DNA from: a virus
Reading direction: 5' to 3' (one strand)
Length of the DNA: 64,000 nucleotides
Virus record (IMG/VR): IMGVR_UViG_3300046534_001193
Location: 1 to 64,000 of that record
The translations under genes were made by a program, and so were the position numbers. Shown piece by piece: positions 35,831 to 46,500 of this stretch (the first letter of the stretch is position 1; every line of letters begins with the position of its first letter). Under the pieces are notes generated by a model. The model did no database searches and was not told the DNA's origin. It worked only from the letters and a program-made list of their open reading frames with translations.

Positions 35831-36252
35831 CCGTGCTAAGATTTCAAACCATAACACCTAAATGTGCCAGTAGGCTGTATAAAGATCCGTCTATGTTTAA
35901 CAAGATAGCGGCGGATAATTACGCTACTTTAGAAGGCTTAGAAATGCCTAGGGCTGAGTACGTAGGATTTTATTACGGAAGAGCCCTAGCTGCTATTTTG
36001 GTGCTTACAGCTTACAAAGATGGTTACTTAGGGCACGCACAAATACTGCCACAGTACCGGATGAAATTTATAGGATTTGGCAGGGCCTATTTAGAATCTA
36101 AAGCTTTCCGCATTTATGCCACTATCCCAAATAAATATAGAAGCTATCAAAAAATATGTAAAAGGTTAGGCTTTACTAAAGTTTCTGACTTGCCTAAAAT
36201 GTATTTAAAAGAAGGCGTTATTTACGATGGAGAAGAACTTGTTCACGGGTAA
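35815..36252 (+). CDS. GNAT-like acetyltransferase fold protein in tail module
   Basis: HAQILPQYR, ATIP...RLGF, YLKEG pattern; start uncertain. Confidence 0.55.
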   Translation: MGQSLAVLRFQTITPKCASRLYKDPSMFNKIAADNYATLEGLEMPRAEYVGFYYGRALAAILVLTAYKDGYLGHAQILPQYRMKFIGFGRAYLESKAFRIYATIPNKYRSYQKICKRLGFTKVSDLPKMYLKEGVIYDGEELVHG

Positions 36253-36258
36253 ATCGAT

Positions 36259-39200
36259 ATGTTAGGACTAATAGCTTTAGGTGGCTACGCGGGCGCAACG
36301 GCAGCTGTAGGATTAGGTGCTTTGACATTTGGTGCTGTAGCAGGAGCCTTGCTTGGTGCTGCCTTCGTCGTGAGCTTTGTAGACCTTATAACGCCAGAAG
36401 CCGAAGCTGAAATAAAAGGCGTACTGACTACCCGAAAAGGCGCAGTCCAACCATTGCAAGTGATTTACGGCAGAAGGGAAGTGGCGGGCGGTCAAATATT
36501 TTTAGCTTCTTCTGATAGAGAAATCGCTGCAGATCCTCCTGTTTATGAAATTAGGACAGTAATCCGAGAGGGTGGAGATAGCGTCAGCCAAGAAAGCGTC
36601 AATGTGTTCGCTGGCACCGCAGCCTACACTTTACCCAATGCTTTCCGGTGGGTAGTCTACCAATTAGCTGATGGCGATGTGCCGATCGAAGGCCTTGAAA
36701 GCATATACATCAACGACGAATTGCTAGTAGGTTCCAAATATGAAGATTGGGTAAGTTACCGCTTCACTGACGGCAGCCATACCAGCCAACCTTTCACCGA
36801 CCTAGCTGCCGCCGTGCCAGGGTGGACATCTGACCACCTAATATTAGGCACGGTTGGTATAGCCATAAGAATGGAATGGAATAAAGACATATTTGAAGGT
36901 GTGCCTAAGTTCACTTTTGTTTTGAAGGGGACTAAGCTGTTGGACTTGGACGCGCTACCTACGCAGACCAGACGCTATTCAAACAATCCTGCTGAAGCTC
37001 AATTTGACTATTTAATAAATCCTATTTACGGCAAAGGTCTTAGCCCTGTAGACGGTGTAGACCTAAGCGTGGCTTCATTTATAGCTGCGAGAGATTACGC
37101 CAACGATCCTGTTATTGCTTATTCAGGCGGGCCCCAGCACACTCGCATGTCGTCCAATGCAGTTCTGACCGCAGGGTCGACAGTTATGGACAACATGCGA
37201 CAGCTTCTAGTCGGCTGCCGAGGTACTTTGCCTTATATCAACGGCGTATTTAACTTAATGATTGAGCGCGACTACGCTTTTACCGAATACAAAGATGGCG
37301 AAGGCGCAGATTATTCAGAATTTTTTGATTTCAATGAAGATAACATTATCGGTAGTTGGAAAATAAAAGCTGGTGACATTGCTACTCGGTATAACCAAGT
37401 CAAAGTTATTTTTCCTAATGAAGCGAAGCACTTTGAATCTGATTTTGTCACAGTTTACTCCAACACGTTTAGAGCCGAAGACGGCAGGCTCTTAGAGAAG
37501 ACGTTTACATTGACAGGCGTAACCAATGCTTACCAAGCTACGGATACCGCCAATGTCATAATGCGTAAATCTCGACAGCAAATAGACGCCTCGTTTATGT
37601 CAACTCCGCGAGCTAGAAATGTAACTGCAGGTGAGATTGTAACTATCACTCACGCCACGCCTAGTTGGAGCCTAAAGAAGTTCCGGGTATCTAGTATTGT
37701 GCTACTCGCAACAGGGAATTGCAGCGTTACCGTGGCCGAGCACGAGCCGACGGTATACGATTTAACGGTGCCTAATGAGATAGCAACTAGTCCAGACACT
37801 GATTTTCCAGACCCGACTATAGTGGCCAGCTTAGCTGCGCCTACTCTAGTCAGTGACGAGACGGTATTAAAGACAGGCAAAGACGGAACTTTGACTCCAC
37901 AACTTAAAATAACTTGGGTAGCGCCGATCGATCCTTTTGTTGTGGGATATGACGTCCAAATAAAAGACATGTCTTCGACAGATTTGGTTTGGCAAACTGT
38001 CGCCTCACCCAACTCGATAGACTCTGTAACTGTAACCATATCCGGCGTAGAAGAAGGCATTGCTTACGATGTTCGTGTTCGGGCTAGAAACTCAGGTGGA
38101 TGGGTCGGAGCGTGGGCCACAACTGAAAATCATACAATTATAGGGCAAACTTCTTTGCCGAGTAACGTCCCTAATTTCTATATCAGTGGCAGTATTCTGT
38201 CTTGGGAAGCCATCACAGACTCAGACAGAGCAGGCTACGTAATCAGGTTCCAGCCAGGTGTTAATCGATCGTGGGGAGACGCTAACCCAGCTCACGATGG
38301 CATTGTTACTGAGTCACCTCACGATTTGTCCATAGATATTTTTGGTCAAAATACACTTATGATTAAGGCAGTTGATCGAACTGGCAACTACAGCGAGACG
38401 CCTGCGAGCATTATTACCGACTTCGGCAATCCCCTTATTAGCAACGTGTTTGAAGAAGTTGATGATCACGCACTAGGCTTTACGGGAACAATAACAGGAG
38501 CTGCCGTAGTGTCTGGCGATCTTAAAGCAGACAGTCAAACACCTGTAATCTGGGGTAATGCTTTATCCAATATGTACACTAGCAGCTCTGCGGCTATGTA
38601 TGTGGCTGTTCAATACGCTAAGCTGACTTACCTAAGAACTATTACGCCTTCTTTCTCGGCTAGCGGCAACGACTTAGTGATAGAGTCGACTATCGCAGGC
38701 ACCAACTCACAGATTACTTACAGGCCTGAGGCACCAGATTTGATGTGGGAAAGTCTAGATACTCAGCCGATGTGGCAAGATGAGCCTATCAGCATAGTTG
38801 TGAATGGTGATTTTGCTATTGACCATGGTTGGACTCAGCAGAGCGGTTGGACTATTGCAGATGGAAAAGCAAGCAGGAGCAGTGGCGAGTCTAGTAACAC
38901 TAGCATTCAACAAACAATAAACATAGTCTCAGGAACTGCTTATACAGTTAGCTATGACAGAACTTATATTTCAGGCAACGGCCAAACACTTTTTTTCTCT
39001 GAATTCTTGACTGATGGTTCATCTTCTACATTGGCACCATATACCAGCACCACCCAAGAGACAGTTACAGTGACTGGAACTTTTACGCCTACTTACTCTG
39101 GGGCTATGGTTTTAAAATTGTTTGGGATTGGGGATTTCGAGGGCTCAGTAGACAATGTAGTAGTTAAGACGGCTACAGGCAGCACGATAGTCGATAACGG

Positions 39201-39951
39201 AGACTTTTCTAGAGACGTTAGTTGGGATGAAGGTAGTGGCTGGAGCATAGGCGGTGGAGACGCAGACCGAGGCAGTGGTGAAAGCACCAACGGCATTCTT
39301 ATTCAAACAATAGATATAGTTGCGGGAACACCTTACATAATTAGCTATGACAGAACTTATATTTCAGGGGACGGCAGAACAACTTTCTACTCTGAGTTTG
39401 TAACTGATGGGAGTTTTATTAACTTAGGAGATTATGACGACACTACGGAAGAAACAGTTACTGTTACAGATGTTTTTACGCCCGCTTATTCAGGTTCTAT
39501 GCTTTTAAGGCTTAGTGCTATTTCTGACTTCACAGGTTCAATAGACAACATAGAAGTAATACCGCAGTACCTAAGTTACGCAACCCCACCGCCTTACGCC
39601 CAGTGGCCAGGCCGGTTTAAAGTGACTGCTCAGCCTTATAATTTTAAGTTTGGGATAGCCCAAGGTTTTACTCGAGGCGTGATATCTGAGTTAAATTTTA
39701 AAGTGGATGCGCTCGACATCACCGAAACATTGGCGGATGTAGCGATAGACTCTGGCGGCACTCGGCTGTCTTTGACTAAAACTTACTCTGTGATAAAATC
39801 AGTTAATTTAACTTTACAAGATGACGGCGGCACAGCAGCTACTGTCAAGGTCATGGATAAAAACGCCACTACAGGCCCATTAATCCAAGGCTACGATTCA
39901 TCAGACTCCGCGACCGGCTGCAATGTCGACGCTACTATAATAGGCTACTAA
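36259..39951 (+). CDS. central tail fibre / tip attachment protein (gpJ-like) with FnIII and two CBM-like domains
   Basis: VIYGRR, SNNPA, YDVRVRARN, IKAVDRTGNYS; duplicated NGDF domains. Confidence 0.9.
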   Translation: MLGLIALGGYAGATAAVGLGALTFGAVAGALLGAAFVVSFVDLITPEAEAEIKGVLTTRKGAVQPLQVIYGRREVAGGQIFLASSDREIAADPPVYEIRTVIREGGDSVSQESVNVFAGTAAYTLPNAFRWVVYQLADGDVPIEGLESIYINDELLVGSKYEDWVSYRFTDGSHTSQPFTDLAAAVPGWTSDHLILGTVGIAIRMEWNKDIFEGVPKFTFVLKGTKLLDLDALPTQTRRYSNNPAEAQFDYLINPIYGKGLSPVDGVDLSVASFIAARDYANDPVIAYSGGPQHTRMSSNAVLTAGSTVMDNMRQLLVGCRGTLPYINGVFNLMIERDYAFTEYKDGEGADYSEFFDFNEDNIIGSWKIKAGDIATRYNQVKVIFPNEAKHFESDFVTVYSNTFRAEDGRLLEKTFTLTGVTNAYQATDTANVIMRKSRQQIDASFMSTPRARNVTAGEIVTITHATPSWSLKKFRVSSIVLLATGNCSVTVAEHEPTVYDLTVPNEIATSPDTDFPDPTIVASLAAPTLVSDETVLKTGKDGTLTPQLKITWVAPIDPFVVGYDVQIKDMSSTDLVWQTVASPNSIDSVTVTISGVEEGIAYDVRVRARNSGGWVGAWATTENHTIIGQTSLPSNVPNFYISGSILSWEAITDSDRAGYVIRFQPGVNRSWGDANPAHDGIVTESPHDLSIDIFGQNTLMIKAVDRTGNYSETPASIITDFGNPLISNVFEEVDDHALGFTGTITGAAVVSGDLKADSQTPVIWGNALSNMYTSSSAAMYVAVQYAKLTYLRTITPSFSASGNDLVIESTIAGTNSQITYRPEAPDLMWESLDTQPMWQDEPISIVVNGDFAIDHGWTQQSGWTIADGKASRSSGESSNTSIQQTINIVSGTAYTVSYDRTYISGNGQTLFFSEFLTDGSSSTLAPYTSTTQETVTVTGTFTPTYSGAMVLKLFGIGDFEGSVDNVVVKTATGSTIVDNGDFSRDVSWDEGSGWSIGGGDADRGSGESTNGILIQTIDIVAGTPYIISYDRTYISGDGRTTFYSEFVTDGSFINLGDYDDTTEETVTVTDVFTPAYSGSMLLRLSAISDFTGSIDNIEVIPQYLSYATPPPYAQWPGRFKVTAQPYNFKFGIAQGFTRGVISELNFKVDALDITETLADVAIDSGGTRLSLTKTYSVIKSVNLTLQDDGGTAATVKVMDKNATTGPLIQGYDSSDSATGCNVDATIIGY

Positions 39952-39952
39952 G

Positions 39953-40729
39953 ATGACAGCTCTACCAGCAAAAACAGCATTTACAGCTGAAAACCTGACT
40001 GAGGGTGATTTCAGGGCCGCGATGGATAACCTTCGAGATTACTTGTCTGAGCGAGTGCAAGGCCTTAAATCTAATACGGCATTGTCTGATGCAGCCGCAA
40101 CATTAACAGCTGCTCAACTAGTTGGTGGGGAGTTCACTATAACTCCAACAGTAGCGAGGACTCAGACAACAGACACGGCAGTCAATATCATAGCAGCGAT
40201 GGCAGGTAGCGCGGATGGCAGTAGCTTTGAGTTTACAGTTGTTAATCTAGCTGATTTTGCTGTGACTATTGCACTGGGAACCGGTGTAACTTTAGTTGGG
40301 GATATGGCTATTAATATTGGTGCGGCTACTTTTAGAGTACGTAGGCTAACTTCTACAACAGTTAGTGTTACGCGTCTTGAAAGTCAATTTACTGCAGCTG
40401 ATAACACTAAGCTGGATAGTTTAGGTTCCCAAAACGTCAAACTCAATACCAAGCTTATTGATATAGGTGATTGGAACATGAACACAACATACGAGTTTGA
40501 GGTTACTCACGGACTAACGCTAAATAAAATAAGAGGGATGTCTGTACTAATTAGAAATGACGCTGATACCAACTACACTCTTCTTGCTATTAACGGGGTT
40601 ACAGCATGCTACGCAGATGCCACAGAGATTACTCTTAACAGAGTTAATTCAGGAGCGTTTGACACTTCATTCTATGAAAGCCCGCCATCAGGAAATAGAG
40701 GCTGGATAACCATCCAATACGTAGATTAA
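39953..40729 (+). CDS. tail fibre/receptor-binding protein 1
   Basis: Follows gpJ; N-terminal anchor shared with next gene. Confidence 0.7.
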   Translation: MTALPAKTAFTAENLTEGDFRAAMDNLRDYLSERVQGLKSNTALSDAAATLTAAQLVGGEFTITPTVARTQTTDTAVNIIAAMAGSADGSSFEFTVVNLADFAVTIALGTGVTLVGDMAINIGAATFRVRRLTSTTVSVTRLESQFTAADNTKLDSLGSQNVKLNTKLIDIGDWNMNTTYEFEVTHGLTLNKIRGMSVLIRNDADTNYTLLAINGVTACYADATEITLNRVNSGAFDTSFYESPPSGNRGWITIQYVD

Positions 40730-40755
40730 AACCCAATTATAAATAGGCCATTAGA

Positions 40756-41628
40756 ATGACAGCTCTACCAGCAAAAACATCATTTACAGACGCAGGCGTA
40801 ACCGAAGGCACGTTTAAAACCGCGATGAATAACCTTCGAGATTATTTGTCTGAGTCTATAGGGACTTCGGGAGGAGCGATTACGCCGAGTGTTGTTAGAA
40901 CCGCATTGGCAGCAGCGACAGACGCTAACGTACTGACCGACTACCAAAGTTCTAAACTAGGATCTCTTACAGGCCGAAATTTACTGATAGGTAATTTCTT
41001 TGTAAATCAAGAAGAGGTATCAGGATCGGTTGTTTTAAGCGCAGGCGATTACGGGCACGATATGTTTAAGGGCGGAGCAAGCGGTTGCTCTTACACTTTT
41101 TCCACGACCAACGGTGTTCCCATGACGACAATATCAGCAGGGTCACTGGTTCAAGTCGTCGAAGCGGTAAACATTGCGGCTGGCGATTACATTTTAAGTC
41201 ACGTAGGCACAGCCCAAGTCCGAATCGACGGCGGTAGCTACGACGATTCTGGTGAGGTTACGGCTACGTTAGACGGTTCAGCAAACGCTACTGTTGAGTG
41301 GGGCACTGGCACGTTGTCGTTGCCTCAACTAGAGCTAGGCACTGTAGTTACCGCATTCGATAGGCGGAACATCGGTGTGGAGCTGACACTCTGTAAGCGG
41401 TATTTTCAAGACTATTCTGGGGCCTTTACACTTTCAGCGACTTCTAGCGCCGCAAACATTAATAAGCCTATTCTAGAAGTCGAAATGAGATCAACGCCTA
41501 GCATAACACAGACAACTTCGGGGTCAGGCGGGTCTTGGGTGGTAACGACAAATAAATCTTTAAGGCAGTCGGGCGTCCATTCAGCAGACTCAACAACAAC
41601 TGTATTGAAATTAGACGCGAGGTTATAA
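40756..41628 (+). CDS. tail fibre/receptor-binding protein 2
   Basis: RNLLIGNF.VNQ, QLELG...ELTLCKRYF motifs of phage fibre domains. Confidence 0.75.
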   Translation: MTALPAKTSFTDAGVTEGTFKTAMNNLRDYLSESIGTSGGAITPSVVRTALAAATDANVLTDYQSSKLGSLTGRNLLIGNFFVNQEEVSGSVVLSAGDYGHDMFKGGASGCSYTFSTTNGVPMTTISAGSLVQVVEAVNIAAGDYILSHVGTAQVRIDGGSYDDSGEVTATLDGSANATVEWGTGTLSLPQLELGTVVTAFDRRNIGVELTLCKRYFQDYSGAFTLSATSSAANINKPILEVEMRSTPSITQTTSGSGGSWVVTTNKSLRQSGVHSADSTTTVLKLDARL

Positions 41629-41653
41629 ATTATTGTCGATTCAAAGATTTGGT

Positions 41654-41986
41654 TTACCTAATCCTCCACCTCATGCCAGCCCCAACATGGTCCAGAGTTG
41701 ACTCAGGCTCAAAGTTAAAAGGCTCACCCACATTGTATTGCGAAAAGTGGGTGAGCTGAATAAAAAATCCGTTGTCCCATTCGTTTCTTATTGAAATATA
41801 AGCGCCAATGCCACCGCCGTCATTCCAACAAATACTGCAAGCTGTAAGATTGCCGTTCTTGCCAGCGCCGATTTCAAAGTAAGTTTCTGAGTCAACTATT
41901 GATTTGATGAATCTGTCCTTGGCAGTTTCTGCCACCGCCGGCCCTGCAAACATTGTCAACAAAGCTGCTAATATTAATACTTTCAT
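41654..41986 (-). CDS. exported/outer-membrane beta-strand protein (possible superinfection exclusion)
   Basis: Signal peptide ending AVA; amphipathic strands; GGAG RBS; counter-oriented. Confidence 0.65.
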   Translation of the reverse strand: MKVLILAALLTMFAGPAVAETAKDRFIKSIVDSETYFEIGAGKNGNLTACSICWNDGGGIGAYISIRNEWDNGFFIQLTHFSQYNVGEPFNFEPESTLDHVGAGMRWRIR

Positions 41987-42144
41987 AAATTACTCCATTT
42001 AAAATTACTTAGATTTATTTGTCGGCAAATCTGATAGACTGCAAGCCTATTGAAAACCCAACAACTGCAACTTTAGCACTTGTTTACAAAATGTTCAAAC
42101 CTAATCTTTAGATTAAAGATTATTCTTAAAATAAGGACTGATTA

Positions 42145-42294
42145 ATGCTTATTGAGATACTGAATCAATTTTGGCCTATTATATTAAGTTGTATCAGTTT
42201 AATTGTTGTACTTGCAAAGATGTATAATAATATTGAAAGCTTAAAAGAAAAGGTTCGTATTTTATTTGACTTCCATAACAACAGGGATAAATGA
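42145..42294 (+). CDS. 49-aa single-TM membrane protein (holin/antiholin candidate)
   Basis: Manual translation MLIEILNQFWPIILSCISLIVVLAKMY...; TAAGGA RBS; ATGA overlap with endolysin. Confidence 0.7.
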   Translation: MLIEILNQFWPIILSCISLIVVLAKMYNNIESLKEKVRILFDFHNNRDK

Positions 42295-42665
42295 TGGGCG
42301 ACTTAACTAAAAACTTTTCAGCTTGGGAATTCGAATGCCCTTGTGGTTGTGGCGAATCGAAGATGAACGCGAATACGATGGTCAAGATTCAGCTTTTCAG
42401 AGACGCCTACGGTAAAGCGTTCTCTCCCGTAGAAGGTGGCGGTTATCGCTGCAAGGCGTATGAAAAAGGCATAGGCGTTCACAATATGGGACTTGCCATT
42501 GATCCCGGCATTCCTCGCGCAGACATGTTTCCGGCACTGAAAATAGCTATCGAAGTAGGCTTTACTGGCTACGGGTTAAAACAGAAAGGCGGTAGATGGC
42601 AGATGCACCTTGACGATTACGAAGGCGATGCTAAGCGTCCTCGCCCTTGGCTTTGGACGTACTAA
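42291..42665 (+). CDS. endolysin, peptidase M15 family
   Basis: NFS..EFECPCGCG, GYRC, H..G.AID, HLD zinc ligands. Confidence 0.88.
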   Translation: MMGDLTKNFSAWEFECPCGCGESKMNANTMVKIQLFRDAYGKAFSPVEGGGYRCKAYEKGIGVHNMGLAIDPGIPRADMFPALKIAIEVGFTGYGLKQKGGRWQMHLDDYEGDAKRPRPWLWTY

Positions 42666-42666
42666 T

Positions 42667-43137
42667 ATGAATTGGTTTAGCAAAATGATTAGCGGCGGTA
42701 TTGATAAAACCGTTGACTCAGTAGGAACGGCATTAGACGGGTTGTTCACATCTGATGAAGAGAGACTGCAAGCAAAGCAGATCATAACATCAGAAATGAA
42801 CAAGTTTAAAACAAGTGTAATGGACGCTCAGTCTAAGTACGATGCTGAGATAACAGCTAGGTGGAAGTCCGACAATGAACATGGTGTTACTAGGTTAGTC
42901 AGGCCAATAGCTTATGCTGCTGTTTTATTTGCCTTCTTTCTGATTACTTTTGCCGATGGCAATATTGGTGCTACTTGTTCGATAGTCAAGGGTGTTGAAA
43001 CCTGTGTGGGGGGCTTCGTTATCAATCCAGTTTATATACCAGTTTATGAATCTTTGCTAGTTACAATGACAATTGCTTACTTTGGTAGTCGTGGTATAGA
43101 GAAGGTAACAAAGTTACTAGGTAAAAGTAAGTCGTGA
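42667..43137 (+). CDS. 3TM-type holin
   Basis: LFTSDEERL, RW.SD, VRP, YFGSRG.EK motifs; start at ATG 42667. Confidence 0.8.
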   Translation: MNWFSKMISGGIDKTVDSVGTALDGLFTSDEERLQAKQIITSEMNKFKTSVMDAQSKYDAEITARWKSDNEHGVTRLVRPIAYAAVLFAFFLITFADGNIGATCSIVKGVETCVGGFVINPVYIPVYESLLVTMTIAYFGSRGIEKVTKLLGKSKS

Positions 43138-43472
43138 ATACTCCGCATATTCCTGATGTGCCAAATACAACGAGCGATAGAAGAGTTATGGTACAACAGT
43201 CAGCTTTTGAAAAGAGTGCACAAACAGTTTTAGCCTCTTTAATAGTGTTAGCACTCAGCGGGTCTGCAGTAGCCTTAGTAAAAATAAGTGACACTCAAAC
43301 TAAGCAATTAGTTGAGATGAATCTATTGAAATACCAAATATCAGAACTTATAGCGAGTACCAAAGCTTTTTCTTCTGATCGAGTAGGTAAAGAAGATTAT
43401 TTAATATTTAAAAACAGGACAGAAGATAGGCTGTTTAATCTTGAGCAGTTGAAAAATAAGGTAGGCGAGTAA
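43134..43472 (+). CDS. membrane protein with coiled coil (lysis accessory)
   Basis: One TM segment, DRR motif, GTGA overlap. Confidence 0.6.
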   Translation: MNTPHIPDVPNTTSDRRVMVQQSAFEKSAQTVLASLIVLALSGSAVALVKISDTQTKQLVEMNLLKYQISELIASTKAFSSDRVGKEDYLIFKNRTEDRLFNLEQLKNKVGE

Positions 43473-43507
43473 TGGTGCTATTGAAGCAGTTGCGGAGGCT
43501 AGGCTAG

Positions 43508-46500
43508 ATGGCTTACATAGTAGACACAAAGATTTCCAGTGGTGCCAGTGGTTCTACAACCGTTAAGCTGCCAGCACATTTAGAAAATGATGTAGTTTTT
43601 GTTTTTTGGAACAGCTTGAATCCCGGAACAATTACTGGCCCTGGTGGAAGTTGGCAGGAAACAACTATAGCTAACCCCGGAGCGGCAGACTCTAAAGCGT
43701 ATTTTCAGCGTGTAGGCGGAAGTTCATTGGCTGACCCAGTAATCACAAATACTACAACTAGCAGACAGCCTGGTGCTATGTCTGCAGTTGTACGTGGGGC
43801 AGACGTTTCGACAGCGACTTCTTGCGTAGATGATGAGGATTCTGTGGGTAGTTCAAGTGCTTTAACTCTTACGACTAGTGCTATGACTTTAAGTGGTACA
43901 AGTTCGTTAATTCTTTTGTTTGGTAGTGGAGAAAGAGGCGATGAGGTTCCGGTCTTAGCGTCAGGTTCAGGTATTGAAGTTTTGTATTTTGCTCCTGGTG
44001 ATGACGCAAATATGTTTTTGGCATACAACTATGCAACAGGTTCAGCAAGTGATACTCACACTATTTACCAACTCAATACTGACTCAGAAGGTATGGCTCT
44101 TGCCGCAATAGCTATAAAAGATGATGGTAATTATGTTAATAAAGGATATGTGTCTACCAGCAACGCTGCTGAATTAGTTTTTCTGAATGTAGGAAATCAC
44201 GTACATACTATTACTGAAGAAGACGTGACGAATGTAGGTTTTACACCTCAAATATCATCTATCACTCATGCTATCAGTGGTATTACTAAAAACACAATTG
44301 ACGACTCAACTAGTCTTGGGTCTTCTGGCCCTTTACACAGAATTGACACTCACGCCCAATACGGCATAACCATTATATTTAACACCGGACAAGGTGAATC
44401 AACAGATTTAATTTTAACTAAAGGTATGACTTTTGCTACAGCCATTGATTTAAGTGGTCAGATTTTAGCGTTTAGTGGACTTACCCTTTCAAAATTTACA
44501 GAGTCAATTGACAATTTAGGGAGATTGATTGGGTTTAGTGATGGCACTAACGCTTCTGTATTTTTGTTTGACGGATCTGATGCTCTAGTAACTTCGCAAA
44601 ATGGATTAACGGCATTTTTATTAGAAACTGCGCCTTCAGGCTCACCCACTACTTTGACTGGTTATGAAATAGATACTTTCGGGGCTGGTAATTTAGATTG
44701 GTCAGCTATCGAAACAATATTTGTTGGTGCAAGCTCGACCAATTCCACAGGCATTGAGTACCACACAGGCCCAATGTACAAATTAAAAACCTTTCCTATG
44801 TTAGGAGGAACAGAAACTTTCCCACTCTCTTTTGATGATGTAGTTAAAGCATCAACGGCGGGAGCATTAAACGTAGCAACAGCACAAAGCGGACAGACTA
44901 CCGGCCAATTCTATTTAATGGGTAATGTAACTATCGGCGATGGGGTTGAAGATGTTTACTGGGAAAGCAAGAACCAATCTGTAGAATTTCCAAGAAGTTA
45001 TAACTATTCAGAAAAATCATTGCAATGCCAAATAAGCGCGGGAGCATTGTCACTGACAATAAATGCTGCAAGCGTAGACAGTGTAATAAGCCCTATCACC
45101 ACTACAATCAACTTCGGTAATTTCCATAATTTTGTAGAACATGCAGACACTTTTGATGGCGATATTTATGATTATACAAACCTTACACTTCTAAACTCCA
45201 GCACAACACTGCAAGGCTCAAAAACAAACATAGATAGGTCGGGCGCTATTTGGAGTGGCGGTAAGCAAATAACTCACAATGCGCCAACTACTGCAAGCAC
45301 AGCCAGAGTGTTTAAAGACACAGTTGTTAGTAATGTTGCAGTGGGTGAAACAGCAGCTATTGAAGCTATCACTACTCAAGAGCAGTTTAAAAATGCTGTG
45401 ACAGGCGCAACTTTTAAAAATAATACTAACGCTCCAGCAATCTTAATCACTGGTAATCAGACAGGCACATGGGCAGATGACCCTGGATTAACAGTTTCTG
45501 GGAATACTTTTGATATAAAGTACACAGGAACTACGGATTTCAGTATTCCCTCTTCCGTGTCATTGACAGTTCAGAACACAGAAGCAGAAGCGGCGGGTAA
45601 TACAGGTCTAACGATTGTTTTACCTGCTAACACATTGTCGATCAACTCTGACCTAAGCGCTTTGATCCGTTACTTTGTAGATGACGAACAAACAGTGGCT
45701 GACAGTGACACCAATACAACTTTAGGCTATGACTATGCCAATACCAATCCTATTGATATTGAAGTGTTGCTACAAGGCTACGTACTAGTTAACCGACAAA
45801 ATGTCACACCTGTTAATGGCCCTTTTGACATTGAGCTTGACCCAGACGAGGCTTACAACTCTGGTCACGCCTTAAACATCGACACTGAATACGCTTATGT
45901 TCGAGGAACAAAAGTATTAACATTCAATTCTGACCAGCAAGCTAGGAATGTTTATTCCTCACTATCAGATGAAATAAGGCTGGATAGCGCTTACTTTAAT
46001 ACTAAGTTGTTGATGACAGCTATAGGCCCAACTCGGTTTGATTTAACCGTGGGAATGACCGTCGCAGACATGCAGTATTGGAAGGGTGCTGGATCTCAAG
46101 TCTATAACGCACTAGATGCGGTAAACCCTACTGAAAAATGGTGTTTTGTAAAATCAGGCGGTAACATCACAGGATCGACCACCCACTTTAGGCAAACAGA
46201 TTCAGGCGCTTCAACAGCTTTGACATTGACTAATAATGTTGTGGATGAGGCTTTCCAATACTATCGAGATGATAATCACGATGGAGATACTAGTGATACA
46301 GACGAGTATAATTATAATGACTACATGCTTATCAAATCATTCTTGGCTGGTAGCAAGCAATCGCGGGTTGATGTTTTAGTAAGCCAAGGCATATCAGAAA
46401 TTGAAAGCTATCAATATGCGGTCAGTCTAGCCAATGCTTCACATGGTTACTCTGGCACTGACCCAGGCATCAGCGCTCAAATAACAATGGTTGCTGGTGA

